From an uncultured bacterium (GTDB taxonomy: Bacteria > Zixibacteria > MSB-5A5 > CAIYYT01): a stretch of 64,000 bases of DNA. The stretch is from positions 1,376,001 to 1,440,000 of the forward strand of contig CAVSCK010000004.1 in NCBI GenBank assembly GCA_963726455.1. Reading direction: 5' to 3'. The notes beneath the pieces were generated by a model. That model had not been told where the DNA came from and made no database searches. It was given only the letters and a program-made list of their open reading frames with translations. Made by a program: the position numbers and the translations under genes. Of this stretch, positions 39,048 to 49,135 are shown one piece after another (the first letter of the stretch is position 1; every line of letters starts with the position of its first letter).

Positions 39048-41624
39048 ATGCCAAAGCAATCATTTCTGGATATCGCGCGTCAGAAACTCAAAGACGGAAT
39101 ACTCTTCTGGCTCATCATTCTGTTGGTCCTGGTGATCCACGCACAGAACCTGACGCCACTGCAGAAACTGGAAATCGCAATCGAGGACAAGGCCCGCTCG
39201 ACGAAGCCACTCGTCCCCGACAAGAATAGCATCGCCATCGTCACCATCGACTCGCGCTCCATTGAACAGGTCGGCAGATGGCCCTGGGACCACGGTCGGC
39301 TCAGCGATCTGTTGATCACAATCTGCGACTACAAGCCAAAAGCAGTCATGTTGGACATCGCTTTGTCAGAGCGAGTCCAGGAATACGTGCGCGGCCGCAC
39401 CGGTCAACTGGCACAGGCAATCGCGGAATGCGGAAATGTAATTGAGCCGTTCGATGTCGTGGTCGGAGCGCAGGGCAGTCTGTCCCGCCAGGCGCCGGAA
39501 TACATGGAGCCCTTTGCGTCCTTGCCGACACCAGACATGTCGCTCGACAAGATGCCTAGAGCTGTGGCGGCATTTATGCCTCCCGGAGTCTTCGCGAGCA
39601 AGGCCCATGCGATTGGCTTCCGGTATTATAAGCCGGATATCGACGACAAGTTTCGCTATGCGAATTTGACCGTCAATTACGATGACAAGATATACTTCTC
39701 CACTCCCCTGCAGTTGGCAAATGCCTACCTTGGGCAGAGCCCGGCGGATCTCAAATTGTCCTCCGACGGAACGCCGATTCTGGCGGGGAGAAGACTTCCG
39801 GTTGACGACCAGGGACGGCTGATGATCAATCTGCCGACGGACCCGCAACCTTATCCGTTGTTCTCGGCAATCGATATCCTGACCGGTGACGCTGATCGCA
39901 GTTCGGTATCCGGCAAAGCGGTAGTTGTTGCGGTCACCACACCCGAAGTTCTCGAAACATTCGAAACCGGCACTGTCGGCACGATTCCGGCTTACAACTA
40001 TTATGCCGCCACGGTCCAGAATCTCGTCACTTTCACGGCGCCGTCACATTTGAGCTTCCCGATTCCGTTTGACATACTAATGATCTTATTGCTGGGCGCA
40101 TTTGGTGGGCTCGTTCTGCCGCGCATTAGTCTCATGTATCGGCTGGTGGCGCTATTTATTCTCGGCTTCATCATTGCCAACATGAATTTTGTGCTCTTCA
40201 GCGCCCTCAATACCGTCACCAACGTGGTGTATCCATTGCTGACGGTCTTGTTCTTTGCCGGCGCATCGTTTGTAGTCAAGTCGGTTGAAGTCAAGCGCGT
40301 CATGGCGAAGACCAGCAAGGCCATTGATCTGAAAAAGCTCCTGGGCAGCGAACCCATCGCGATTCAACATGATGGTGACCGTGAAATCAATTATGACGAG
40401 ATACCGACCCGAATCCTCCGTGAAGAAGCGCCGTCACCGGAAGTGTTTGAGGAAACCATTCGGCTCGACTTCGAGGCGATGCGCAATGGCGAAAGTCTGA
40501 TCCCGCAATCGGAATACGACAAGCACGACAGGGCACAGCAGAAGAGCCAGCCGATCGAAACGCCGGACAGGTCTATCTCGCAGGAGATCTTGCAGGAACC
40601 CTCAGCCGTCGCTTTCATTCCCGATATGCTTGACCTCGACGTGACCAAAATTCCGCAACCGCCGGCTGCCGGTGAAGAAAGCCAGACAGTGGCGCCCCGC
40701 AAAGAACATGTGGAACAAGAGTTGATACTGACTCCCGAAGAGAAGAAAATCTATGGCGTCCGATTCTCACAGGAAGGCCAGCCGGTGTCATTCGGCCGTT
40801 ATCTGGTCATCGAGCCGCTGGGCATGGGCGCGATGGGCACTGTCTACAAGGGCAAGGATCCTGCCATTGATCGACTGGTCGCGCTCAAGACCATCCGCCT
40901 TGATTCCATCGCCGACCCGTCCGAGATCAACGAACTCAAGGAGCGGCTGCTGCGCGAGGCCAAGGCCGCCGGCAATCTGTCACATCCTAATATCGTGACG
41001 ATTTACGACTTCGGAATCCAGGGCAACCTGCAGTATATCGCAATGGAGTACATCGAGGGCTACACGCTGGAGTCAGTCCTCAAGCGCAACTTGCACTTGA
41101 ATTATCGTATTGTCGCTTCGATCATAATACAAGTCTGTTCGGCGCTGGAGTATGCGCATAAGATCGGTATTATCCACCGCGACATCAAGCCGGCGAACAT
41201 CATGGTTACCGAGAACTTCGCCGTCAAGGTCATGGACTTTGGTATAGCCCACTTTAAGTCATCATCCATGACGCAGACGGGCGTCGCCATGGGAACACCG
41301 AACTATATTTCTCCGGAACAGCTCAAGGGCAAGGAAGTGACGCCAAGTTCGGATATCTTCAGTTTGGGCGTGGTGCTGTACGAATTACTCACGCACACCA
41401 AACCATTCACTGCGGAGAATATTTCGACTCTGGTTTACAAGATTATCAATGAGGAACCGCCACCGCCTTCGAAACTCGATCCCAAGGTCCCGCCGCTGTT
41501 CGATATGGTTTTGCGGAAATCACTGTCCAAGGACCCCGCCAATCGCTACCACTCTGCCAAAGAGTTGGCGGCGTCGCTCGAAGACTTCACCGTCACCCTT
41601 GGCAAGAAGCCGGCGATGGTTTGA
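39048..41624 (+). CDS. CHASE2-domain membrane Ser/Thr protein kinase
   Basis: CHASE2 motif (IAIVTID...GRWPW), three TM helices, and a Hanks kinase (GMGAMG, VALK, HRDIKPAN, DFG, GTPNY). Confidence 0.92.
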   Translation: MPKQSFLDIARQKLKDGILFWLIILLVLVIHAQNLTPLQKLEIAIEDKARSTKPLVPDKNSIAIVTIDSRSIEQVGRWPWDHGRLSDLLITICDYKPKAVMLDIALSERVQEYVRGRTGQLAQAIAECGNVIEPFDVVVGAQGSLSRQAPEYMEPFASLPTPDMSLDKMPRAVAAFMPPGVFASKAHAIGFRYYKPDIDDKFRYANLTVNYDDKIYFSTPLQLANAYLGQSPADLKLSSDGTPILAGRRLPVDDQGRLMINLPTDPQPYPLFSAIDILTGDADRSSVSGKAVVVAVTTPEVLETFETGTVGTIPAYNYYAATVQNLVTFTAPSHLSFPIPFDILMILLLGAFGGLVLPRISLMYRLVALFILGFIIANMNFVLFSALNTVTNVVYPLLTVLFFAGASFVVKSVEVKRVMAKTSKAIDLKKLLGSEPIAIQHDGDREINYDEIPTRILREEAPSPEVFEETIRLDFEAMRNGESLIPQSEYDKHDRAQQKSQPIETPDRSISQEILQEPSAVAFIPDMLDLDVTKIPQPPAAGEESQTVAPRKEHVEQELILTPEEKKIYGVRFSQEGQPVSFGRYLVIEPLGMGAMGTVYKGKDPAIDRLVALKTIRLDSIADPSEINELKERLLREAKAAGNLSHPNIVTIYDFGIQGNLQYIAMEYIEGYTLESVLKRNLHLNYRIVASIIIQVCSALEYAHKIGIIHRDIKPANIMVTENFAVKVMDFGIAHFKSSSMTQTGVAMGTPNYISPEQLKGKEVTPSSDIFSLGVVLYELLTHTKPFTAENISTLVYKIINEEPPPPSKLDPKVPPLFDMVLRKSLSKDPANRYHSAKELAASLEDFTVTLGKKPAMV

Positions 41625-41655
41625 CCCGATCGAAATAATTTTCTGAATACGTCGA

Positions 41656-42216
41656 CTACGCTTTTCGAAGTATCGAGGTATAACTACCTCTGACGGCAGG
41701 CGACTCGAATTCGGACATGCCGTTGCTCACTGCCAACGCGACCGTATTGTGGAACCCTTCCAGCGAACAATGCCCCTTCGGCTCGGCGATGCAGAATACG
41801 CCTCCACTCTTGAGTGTTCGCACAATATCACGAATGGCCGACTGGGCATCGGGCATTTCATGTATCACGGCAAAAGCGAGCGCGACATCAACCTTCCCGG
41901 CGAGATCGTCGATTCCGAGTGACGTGTTGGAACAGACGCGCGTCTCTACCCGATCGGCCAAACCGGCTCTGGCGGCTCTGCGTTTGAGTGATCCGATCAT
42001 CTTTTCCTGTAAATCCACGGCGATGGCCCGGCCAGATTTGCCAACCAGTTTAGCCGCCGGAAGCGTGAAGAATCCCATTCCGGGGCCAACGTCTAGGACG
42101 GTCATGCCTTCCTTGACATACGGCGCCAATAGAGTGTCGGGGTTTTGGTATAGACGTCTGAGAGGACTGGCCAGCAAATATCCCAGCCACCAGGGACAGA
42201 CACGCTCTTCACTCAT
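41656..42216 (-). CDS. Class I SAM-dependent methyltransferase
   Basis: VLDVGPGMG motif I; VCPWW N-terminus. Confidence 0.88.
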   Translation of the reverse strand: MSEERVCPWWLGYLLASPLRRLYQNPDTLLAPYVKEGMTVLDVGPGMGFFTLPAAKLVGKSGRAIAVDLQEKMIGSLKRRAARAGLADRVETRVCSNTSLGIDDLAGKVDVALAFAVIHEMPDAQSAIRDIVRTLKSGGVFCIAEPKGHCSLEGFHNTVALAVSNGMSEFESPAVRGSYTSILRKA

Positions 42217-42250
42217 GGAGAACCCCTCTCTGCCCGCCTGCTAGTATTGA

Positions 42251-42688
42251 TTACGATTTGTTATTGTTAAACAGATCTTCTGCCAGTGACAAAGCCACGC
42301 CGGAGAGCATTACTTCAACACCAAATTTGGAAAAGTCCGACGAAATCAGGTCGCTGTTTACTTCCGCGTATAGCGAGCTGGCGGCCTCGCGCTCGACAAC
42401 CAATCCGGAAAGACGGCCGGCACATTCCGCCACGAACGTCACCTCGCCGAGTTCTTCACTTACCACGTACCCTGAACAATTGTGAAGCTGCAAATGAGCG
42501 CCGCCGGTGTAGACTACCACCAGTGAGCCGCGCTTGTTGCCAAGTGCTGTGTCAGGGTAGATTTCGAGGACAAGACTGCGTTTTTCTTCGGTCTGCACGA
42601 CCTTGATACGATAGTGGTCAACTTCCCAGATCGCTTCATTCGCGCCGAGAATCCCTTTGATCTTTTCAATATTGTCTTTGGTGAACAT
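42251..42688 (-). CDS. Hypothetical protein
   Basis: 145 aa ORF abutting tatA, with an AAGGA SD; no recognised motif. Confidence 0.65.
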   Translation of the reverse strand: MFTKDNIEKIKGILGANEAIWEVDHYRIKVVQTEEKRSLVLEIYPDTALGNKRGSLVVVYTGGAHLQLHNCSGYVVSEELGEVTFVAECAGRLSGLVVEREAASSLYAEVNSDLISSDFSKFGVEVMLSGVALSLAEDLFNNNKS

Positions 42689-42907
42689 CTATTCCTTTTT
42701 ATCGGTACCGGTGTCACTCTTAACAACATTGCCTTTTACTTCTTCGGGCTTCGATACTTCATCCGCCGTATCCTTCATCGCCTTCTTGAAATCGCGAATG
42801 CCACGGCCAAGTCCTTGTGCAATCTCCGGAATTCTCTTGGCGCCGAAGAGAAGCAACACGATCAGGAATATAACAAGTAGTTCCTGTACTCCGAGTCCAC
42901 CAAACAT
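42689..42907 (-). CDS. tatA: Twin-arginine translocase TatA/E
   Basis: GLGVQELL...[21 protein letters not shown]. Confidence 0.95.
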   Translation of the reverse strand: MFGGLGVQELLVIFLIVLLLFGAKRIPEIAQGLGRGIRDFKKAMKDTADEVSKPEEVKGNVVKSDTGTDKKE

Positions 42908-42922
42908 CTTATCCTCCAGCGG

Positions 42923-43189
42923 TTAAATATACCACCAACGGAAGTAAATAACAACCATAACCAGGAATAATACGCTCATAAAGTTTATCTTGAACATGAA
43001 TCCGAGCGTAAAGTTGATCGCAAAGAAATCCACCGTAAACGGTTTCAGGCCGATCTGCAAGCTCTCCTGAAACAGCGTCTTGGCGGCGCCGTCCGGAAGG
43101 AACTTCCCGATGATATCGCCTACCAGCCCGCCGGCCACGGCTGCCAGAATCAGGGAAACCACCAGAAAGACGATTTCGGACCGCTTCAA
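42923..43189 (-). CDS. Small membrane protein (DUF4321-like)
   Basis: Hydrophobic 88 aa ORF overlapping the purQ stop; family assignment is from recall. Confidence 0.65.
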   Translation of the reverse strand: MKRSEIVFLVVSLILAAVAGGLVGDIIGKFLPDGAAKTLFQESLQIGLKPFTVDFFAINFTLGFMFKINFMSVLFLVMVVIYFRWWYI

Positions 43190-43890
43190 ACAGATACTCC
43201 CGCAGTCGCATAGGCCACTAGTGATTGAAAGATTCGAATCCCGTCGGACGACCCGAGCAAGCTTTCACTGGCGCGTTCCGGGTGCGGCATCATACCAAAG
43301 ACGTTCCGCTGACGATTGCAGATGCCGGCGATGTTGTTAATGCTTCCGTTGGGATTGGCAGCATCCGTGACCTCGCCGTTGGGGCTGCAATAACGGAAGA
43401 TCACTTGCCGGTTGCGCTCCAGTTCAGCGACGTCATCCGGGTACCAGTAGTAGTTGCCATCCGTGTGAGCGATTGGAATCTTAAGGACATCGCCGATACT
43501 CAGACGTCCGGAAAACGGCGTCTCATTATTCTCACAGCGCAAGTAGACATGCTTGCAGATGAATCGCAGTTCCCGGTTGCGCAGCATGGCACCCGGAAGC
43601 AATCCCGATTCCAGCAAAATCTGGAATCCGTTGCAGATGCCAATGACCAGGCCGCCGCCGCGCGCATATTCGACCACCGATCGCATGACCGGCGAGTACC
43701 GCGCGATAGCGCCGGTACGCAAATAGTCACCGTAGGAAAATCCGCCGGGCAGGATTATGCAGTCGAATCCACTCACATCACTGTCTTTGTGCCAGATGAA
43801 TTCGACATCTTTCCCTAACTCGTCCTTGACGACCATAAAGCTATCGTAGTCGCAATTGCTGCCGGGGAATGTCACGACGCCGAATTTCAT
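43186..43890 (-). CDS. purQ: FGAM synthase glutaminase subunit
   Basis: [25 protein letters not shown] and GMMPHPER motifs. Confidence 0.97.
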   Translation of the reverse strand: MKFGVVTFPGSNCDYDSFMVVKDELGKDVEFIWHKDSDVSGFDCIILPGGFSYGDYLRTGAIARYSPVMRSVVEYARGGGLVIGICNGFQILLESGLLPGAMLRNRELRFICKHVYLRCENNETPFSGRLSIGDVLKIPIAHTDGNYYWYPDDVAELERNRQVIFRYCSPNGEVTDAANPNGSINNIAGICNRQRNVFGMMPHPERASESLLGSSDGIRIFQSLVAYATAGVSV

Positions 43891-44145
43891 CTACGCTTCC
43901 TCTATCTCGAAGGTCTCAATCACTGGATTGGCCAGAACTTTGCGGCAAATCTCTTCCGACTTGGCTCGAATGTCATTGTTCGCTTCCGCCTTGAATGTCA
44001 GCTCAAATACCTTTCCGGAACGCACGTCAGCGACGTCATTAAATCCGAGTTGAGCCAGCGCATTGCGAATGGTAACACCCTGCGGATCAAGCACGCCGTC
44101 TTTCAGGCGAATTCGGCAAACGACTTTCTTACCCTTCGGGGTCAT
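43891..44145 (-). CDS. purS: FGAM synthase subunit PurS
   Basis: LKDGVLDPQG, VRSGK and LANPVIE motifs. Confidence 0.95.
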   Translation of the reverse strand: MTPKGKKVVCRIRLKDGVLDPQGVTIRNALAQLGFNDVADVRSGKVFELTFKAEANNDIRAKSEEICRKVLANPVIETFEIEEA

Positions 44146-44902
44146 GCGTTCTTTCCTTTCTAATCCGGCGAGTGTTTCCCGCCATGATCCGCCATCCTTC
44201 CTTGGCGACTCCAATAACAATATACAGCGCTACGCCGGGAAAGATCATCATTCTCGGCTTAAATACCACCGCGATCAAAAATACAAAAAGCGCGACCGCC
44301 TTCAAACGATTTTCTGTCGTGTCAAAACGCTCCGGCAGAGTGTCGTAGGCCACCGTCGAAACCATCAATCCCGACAGCACAATCACCATGGTGACGAAAT
44401 ACTCGGGATATTGTATATCCTGGAAATACTTCATGCAGAGAATGATATAGGAGGCGATGGTTACCGCTGCCGTGGGAATTGGCAAGCCCAAATAACGGGC
44501 CTTGCGGTGCGGGTCGGAAATGACGTTGTAGCGCGCCAGGCGAAATGCCCCGGTCATCATAAAGACTACCGCGACGATCCAGCCCATGTAATTATCGAAA
44601 TCATTTAGCACCGAGATCGAGGTCAAAAATGCCGGTGCCACTCCAAAGCTGACGATGTCGGCCAGCGAATCAAGTTCCTGCCCGAATTTGCTGGTTGATT
44701 TCGACAACCGAGCCACCCGGCCATCAAGCGCATCCAGAAAGGCCGCCAGAATGATCAGCCAGGCGGCGCGCGCCAGATTGCCATTGTGTGACGCCATGAT
44801 CGACAGGAATCCGCACAACAGATTTCCCATCGTAAAGGCGCCGGGGAAAATCCCCCGAAAGCTAGCGATTCGGCTTGAACGATCCAATGATACTCTCCCC
44901 AC
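44129..44902 (-). CDS. pssA: CDP-diacylglycerol--serine O-phosphatidyltransferase (start uncertain)
   Basis: DALDGRVAR...GQELDSLADIVSFG, RLARYN and GLPIP motifs. Confidence 0.93.
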   Translation of the reverse strand: MGRVSLDRSSRIASFRGIFPGAFTMGNLLCGFLSIMASHNGNLARAAWLIILAAFLDALDGRVARLSKSTSKFGQELDSLADIVSFGVAPAFLTSISVLNDFDNYMGWIVAVVFMMTGAFRLARYNVISDPHRKARYLGLPIPTAAVTIASYIILCMKYFQDIQYPEYFVTMVIVLSGLMVSTVAYDTLPERFDTTENRLKAVALFVFLIAVVFKPRMMIFPGVALYIVIGVAKEGWRIMAGNTRRIRKERTHDPEG

Positions 44903-45509
44903 CCTTGACGTGGTCGCCTATCTTAACGTTGATGGAAACATTCGTTCCCAGAAACAGGTCGATTCGTGAACCGAAGCGAATCAGCCCGAAGCGTTCACCG
45001 CGGGATACGGTCTCGCCGCCGCGCAAGCGACATACGATTCGTCGCGCGATAATCCCCGCAACTTGTGCAAATCTGACTACCCCTCCGGAGGACTCGATCG
45101 TAATCTCAGTTCGCTCGTTTTCCGTTACCGCCGCACGTTCGAATGCCTTGAGGAATTTGCCGGGTCGATAATCGACACCAGTAACCTTCCCCGAAACCGG
45201 AATCCGATTCACATGAACATTGAACACTGAGAGAAAGATCGAAACCAGCTTAACCTTGTTACCCTGTCCGTCATCGATGTCTTCAATTACAATCACCCGG
45301 CCGTCTCCCGGCGAGAGAATAAACTCGTCTCCCGAGGGAGGTTCGCGGTTAGGATCGCGAAAGAAGTATGTCACGAATGCGGCAATAATGAATAGCAAGA
45401 TAGCTGCCACCAGCATGGCCACTGGATGAAACAGCACAAAAATAATCACTGCCAGCGCGGTCGCAAACCACGCTGGAAGAATAAACGGCAAACCTTCGCG
45501 GGCGACCAT
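44862..45509 (-). CDS. psd: Phosphatidylserine decarboxylase proenzyme (short type)
   Basis: FFRDP, SPGDG, NVHVNR and the RFGS cleavage motif. Confidence 0.93.
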   Translation of the reverse strand: MVAREGLPFILPAWFATALAVIIFVLFHPVAMLVAAILLFIIAAFVTYFFRDPNREPPSGDEFILSPGDGRVIVIEDIDDGQGNKVKLVSIFLSVFNVHVNRIPVSGKVTGVDYRPGKFLKAFERAAVTENERTEITIESSGGVVRFAQVAGIIARRIVCRLRGGETVSRGERFGLIRFGSRIDLFLGTNVSINVKIGDHVKGGESIIGSFKPNR

Positions 45510-46798
45510 CACAGACACCTCTGGTAAATCTTGTCAATGTGCCGGAAGTAATATTTGATATCAAAGCACTCGGCGATTTCCGCCCGTGACATGTACTTCG
45601 TGATTTCCGGGTCAGCTACCACCAACTCCGTGAACTTGCCCTTGCCTGCCCAGCCGGCCATGGCGTTGCGCTGAACCAGGCGATACGCTGTTTCACGCGA
45701 TCCGCACTTCTCGGCCAACTTCAACAGTAACCTGCCACTGAATATCAGGCCGCCCGTCAAATTCAGATTCCGTCTGGCATTTTGGGGATAAACCAGCAGC
45801 GTATCCATTACGCCGCCGAATTGTTGAAGCAAATATACTATCAGGATTGTCGAATCCGGCAGGATGATTCGCTCTACTGATGAATGGGAAATATCACGTT
45901 CGTGCCACAGTGTGATGTCTTCGATCGCCGCCACCAGATTTCCGCGCAGCACGCGCGCTAACCCACTGATCTTCTCGCATGTCACGGGATTGCGTTTGTG
46001 CGGCATGGCCGACGAACCCTTCTGCCCCTTGGAAAAACCCTCTTCCATCTCCAGAACTTCGGTACGCTGCAGCGCGCGAATCTCGGTCGCGAATTTTTCC
46101 AGGGAGGCGCCCAACAGTGCTATTGCCGACAGAAACTCGGCATGCCGGTCGCGCTGGACAATCTGTGTTGATACCGGCGCCGCCAAAATCTTCAATTTGC
46201 GGCAAACAGCGGCTTCGACCTTGGGATCAAGGTTCGCAAAATTGCCGACGGCTCCGGAAATCTTTCCCACCGCCACCTGCTGAGCCGCGTGCGTCAGCCG
46301 TTCCTTGTGCCTCAGTAATTCCTGGTGCCACATCAGGAACTTCAGTCCCATCGTGGTCGGCTCGGCATGTACTCCATGCGTGCGCCCAATCACCGGCGTC
46401 TTCTTGTATCTGACCGCCTTCTGGCGTACTTTCTTAATGACTTCACTCAATTCACGGAGAATGATCTCCCCCGCCTGCTTGAGAATCACACCTTGTGCAG
46501 TATCTACAAGGTCCGAGGACGTCATTCCGAAGTGAAGATATTTCGCTTGCGCGCCGGTCTGTTCCGACACCGAAGTCAGGAACGCAATGACATCGTGTTT
46601 GACTTCCCGCTCGATCGTATCGATACGCTTGATCGAATACGACGCCTTCGACTTAAGTTGCCGGTACGCGGAAGCGGGAATCATTTTCATCTCGGCCTGC
46701 ACCTGCGCGACCGTCAATTCCACTTGCAGCCAAGTGTCGTATTTGTGCTTGTCGGTCCAAAGTCCGCCGATTTCCGGCGTCGTGTAACGGGCGATCAT
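45509..46798 (-). CDS. purB: Adenylosuccinate lyase
   Basis: [18 protein letters not shown] and [11 protein letters not shown] motifs. Confidence 0.97.
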   Translation of the reverse strand: MIARYTTPEIGGLWTDKHKYDTWLQVELTVAQVQAEMKMIPASAYRQLKSKASYSIKRIDTIEREVKHDVIAFLTSVSEQTGAQAKYLHFGMTSSDLVDTAQGVILKQAGEIILRELSEVIKKVRQKAVRYKKTPVIGRTHGVHAEPTTMGLKFLMWHQELLRHKERLTHAAQQVAVGKISGAVGNFANLDPKVEAAVCRKLKILAAPVSTQIVQRDRHAEFLSAIALLGASLEKFATEIRALQRTEVLEMEEGFSKGQKGSSAMPHKRNPVTCEKISGLARVLRGNLVAAIEDITLWHERDISHSSVERIILPDSTILIVYLLQQFGGVMDTLLVYPQNARRNLNLTGGLIFSGRLLLKLAEKCGSRETAYRLVQRNAMAGWAGKGKFTELVVADPEITKYMSRAEIAECFDIKYYFRHIDKIYQRCL

Positions 46799-47442
46799 CT
46801 ATTCTTCACCTTTTCCCAATCGGCCAGGAATTTGGCCAGACCGGTATCAGTCAACGGATGCTGAATCAGCTTATCGATTACGTTGAACGGAATCGTGCAA
46901 ATATCCGCGCCAATCAACGCCGCCTGCACCACGTGCATGGGATGCCGCACGGACGCCACCAGCACTTCGGTCTCGAAACTGTAGTTGCCGTAGATACCGA
47001 CTATCTGTTCGATCAGGTTCATGCCTTCTTCGGAAATGTCGTCCAGCCGTCCGATAAACGGCGAGACAAACTTCGCGCCGACTTTCGCCGCCATGATGGC
47101 CTGCGTCGGAGAGAATACCAGCGTCATATTCACGCCGATTCCTTCCTCGGCAAAAGTCTTTGTGGCCTGCAGTCCGGTTCGGATGCACGGCACTTTCACG
47201 ACGATATTCTTGTGTACTTTGGCAAGCGCTTTGCCCTCTCGCAAGATTCCTTCATAATCAGTCGCCGCTACTTCCGCGGAAATAGGTCCATCGACGATCT
47301 CGCAGATCTGTCTTAGAATGTCCTCAAACTTGCCGCTTTCTTTGGCTACCAACGATGGGTTGGTGGTCACTCCGTCCAGCACACCGAGTGCCGCTGCTTG
47401 TTTGATTTCCCCGATGTTTGCGGTATCGATGAAGAATTTCAT
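46795..47442 (-). CDS. tal: Transaldolase / fructose-6-phosphate aldolase (short family)
   Basis: [20 protein letters not shown] and SPFIGRLDD motifs. Confidence 0.9.
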   Translation of the reverse strand: MKFFIDTANIGEIKQAAALGVLDGVTTNPSLVAKESGKFEDILRQICEIVDGPISAEVAATDYEGILREGKALAKVHKNIVVKVPCIRTGLQATKTFAEEGIGVNMTLVFSPTQAIMAAKVGAKFVSPFIGRLDDISEEGMNLIEQIVGIYGNYSFETEVLVASVRHPMHVVQAALIGADICTIPFNVIDKLIQHPLTDTGLAKFLADWEKVKNR

Positions 47443-47450
47443 GCACTCCT

Positions 47451-48197
47451 CTATTTCTCGCGCACGCGCGCAAACTTTACTTTCGCCAGATAGAGTCCTT
47501 CAGCCGGCGCCGGATACAAAGCCCGCTTCTTTGTTGGATGCTTAATTATCGTTTCGAAATCACTCCGGGTCATTCGTCCCGTTGCCACCTCAATCTGTGC
47601 TCCCACCAGAAACCGCACCATGTGATGCAGAAACCGGTCGCCGATAATCTTAAAATATAACTTCTTGCCCGCCTTGCGCCAAGCGGCATCTTTGATTCGG
47701 CAATTATTATCTTTCTTGAGGGATTTTTGCACGCAAAAGCCCGTAAAATCGTGTTCCCCCTGCAATAACCTGGCCAGATCCTGCAGCACCTCCAAATCAA
47801 CAACACGATCGAGTTGCCACCATCTGTCCAAGCAAAACGGCGAATTGTCCAGATAGATCTGATACCGGTATGTTTTTTCCACGCTGTGCCGTCTGGCATT
47901 GAATAACGGCGCGACTTCTTCAGACTTGAGCACCTGAATATCCGCAGGCAACTTGGATTGAATCGCCGGTTTGAATTTATCCGTCGGGATTCTTGAACCC
48001 GTCTGGAAATTGGCGACGTAATGCTCGGCATGAACGCCCGCATCGGTGCGGCTGCAACCGATCAACGCCACTTCTTCATGCGTGACTGCGGAGATTGCTT
48101 TCTGGATTACTTCCTGAATGGATTTGCCATTCCTCTGATGCTGCCAGCCGCAGTATTCGGTTCCGACAAAAGCCAATTGAAGCAGAATATTTCTCAC
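47451..48197 (-). CDS. truA: tRNA pseudouridine(38-40) synthase
   Basis: [13 protein letters not shown] and FLHHMVR motifs; GTGA overlap with the ecfT stop. Confidence 0.95.
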   Translation of the reverse strand: MRNILLQLAFVGTEYCGWQHQRNGKSIQEVIQKAISAVTHEEVALIGCSRTDAGVHAEHYVANFQTGSRIPTDKFKPAIQSKLPADIQVLKSEEVAPLFNARRHSVEKTYRYQIYLDNSPFCLDRWWQLDRVVDLEVLQDLARLLQGEHDFTGFCVQKSLKKDNNCRIKDAAWRKAGKKLYFKIIGDRFLHHMVRFLVGAQIEVATGRMTRSDFETIIKHPTKKRALYPAPAEGLYLAKVKFARVREK

Positions 48198-48994
48198 AGC
48201 CCTACTCTCAGAATTACCGCACCCCACGCCAGTGTCATCACTAGAAAGGCGTAGTCAAGCCAGCGTAAAGGTCGATTGTTGTAGAAACTGCGACGCTTGC
48301 AGACGCCCCAGCCACGCACGGTCAGCGCATCACCCAGCACGTCGCTTTTCCTGATTGCCGACGCGGTCACCGGTATCAACAGCGGCACAACGCTCCTGAC
48401 ACGGGAAACCAGTCCGCCTCCGAATGTAGCTCCCCGCGCCTTCTGCGCGAATTCGATCTGATGATACTGCGCGAAAATCTCCGGAATGAATCTTATCGCC
48501 ACCCACAGCGCCATACCGATTCCATTTATGGCGCTGTTCACAAATTGCAGCGGCGACAGCAATCGCCAAATCCCCAGCGCAAAATCATTAGCCGAGATCA
48601 TCAGCGTCGCCACCTGCGCCGCTCCCAAAAACAGCGCCAACCGCCAACAGAACATGAGGCCGGAGTCCAGGGCCTCTCTGGATATTGACAATCCAAGTAT
48701 GCTTCCTATTGGCGTGTGTCCCGACCTGTTGAACAGCAGGTGAAGGGCCAGCGTGATAGCCGCCATCGGGAGGAGAAAGAGAAATAGCCGTCGCAGGTCT
48801 TTCTGCGTCACCTTCAAAGCTATCAGCAGCACAACCAGTGTCGTACTCAGCACAAGGTAAGGCGTCGGCTTGAGCAGTATTGAAATCAACACTACCGCAA
48901 CCAACCCTGCGAAGATCCTGATCCGCGCGTCGATCGAGCCGACCCATTTCGGTCTTGCTACAGAATCATGTATGAACGGATAGGTGCTTCCCAT
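48194..48994 (-). CDS. ecfT: Energy-coupling factor transporter transmembrane subunit T
   Basis: DARI, AIRFIP, AQKARG and ALTVRG motifs. Confidence 0.88.
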   Translation of the reverse strand: MGSTYPFIHDSVARPKWVGSIDARIRIFAGLVAVVLISILLKPTPYLVLSTTLVVLLIALKVTQKDLRRLFLFLLPMAAITLALHLLFNRSGHTPIGSILGLSISREALDSGLMFCWRLALFLGAAQVATLMISANDFALGIWRLLSPLQFVNSAINGIGMALWVAIRFIPEIFAQYHQIEFAQKARGATFGGGLVSRVRSVVPLLIPVTASAIRKSDVLGDALTVRGWGVCKRRSFYNNRPLRWLDYAFLVMTLAWGAVILRVGL

Positions 48995-49020
48995 GTCCCT
49001 CGCTTCTATTTCGAGCGCGC

Positions 49021-49049
49021 AAAATAGTGATCGCTGGTCGCGATGTCAA
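49021..49049 (-). promoter_or_regulatory. Putative sigma70 promoter of the ecfT operon
   Basis: TTGACA-17-TATTTT. Confidence 0.6.
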
Positions 49050-49087
49050 TTATTGCGAATTTGGGCGGGGATGACCGTGTTGGGGTC

Positions 49088-49117
49088 AAAAAAGACGGGC
49101 CGTTGGAAACGACCCGT
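49088..49117 (-). terminator. Intrinsic terminator after the M6 protease gene
   Basis: Minus strand ACGGGTCGTT-TCC-AACGGCCCGT followed by CTTTTTT. Confidence 0.8.
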
Positions 49118-49135
49118 TGAGAATCTTGCAGGAGT

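Noticed and set aside
43230-43245. tRNA T-loop-like TTCGAATCCC
   Set aside because: Lies inside the purQ coding sequence with no cloverleaf around it.
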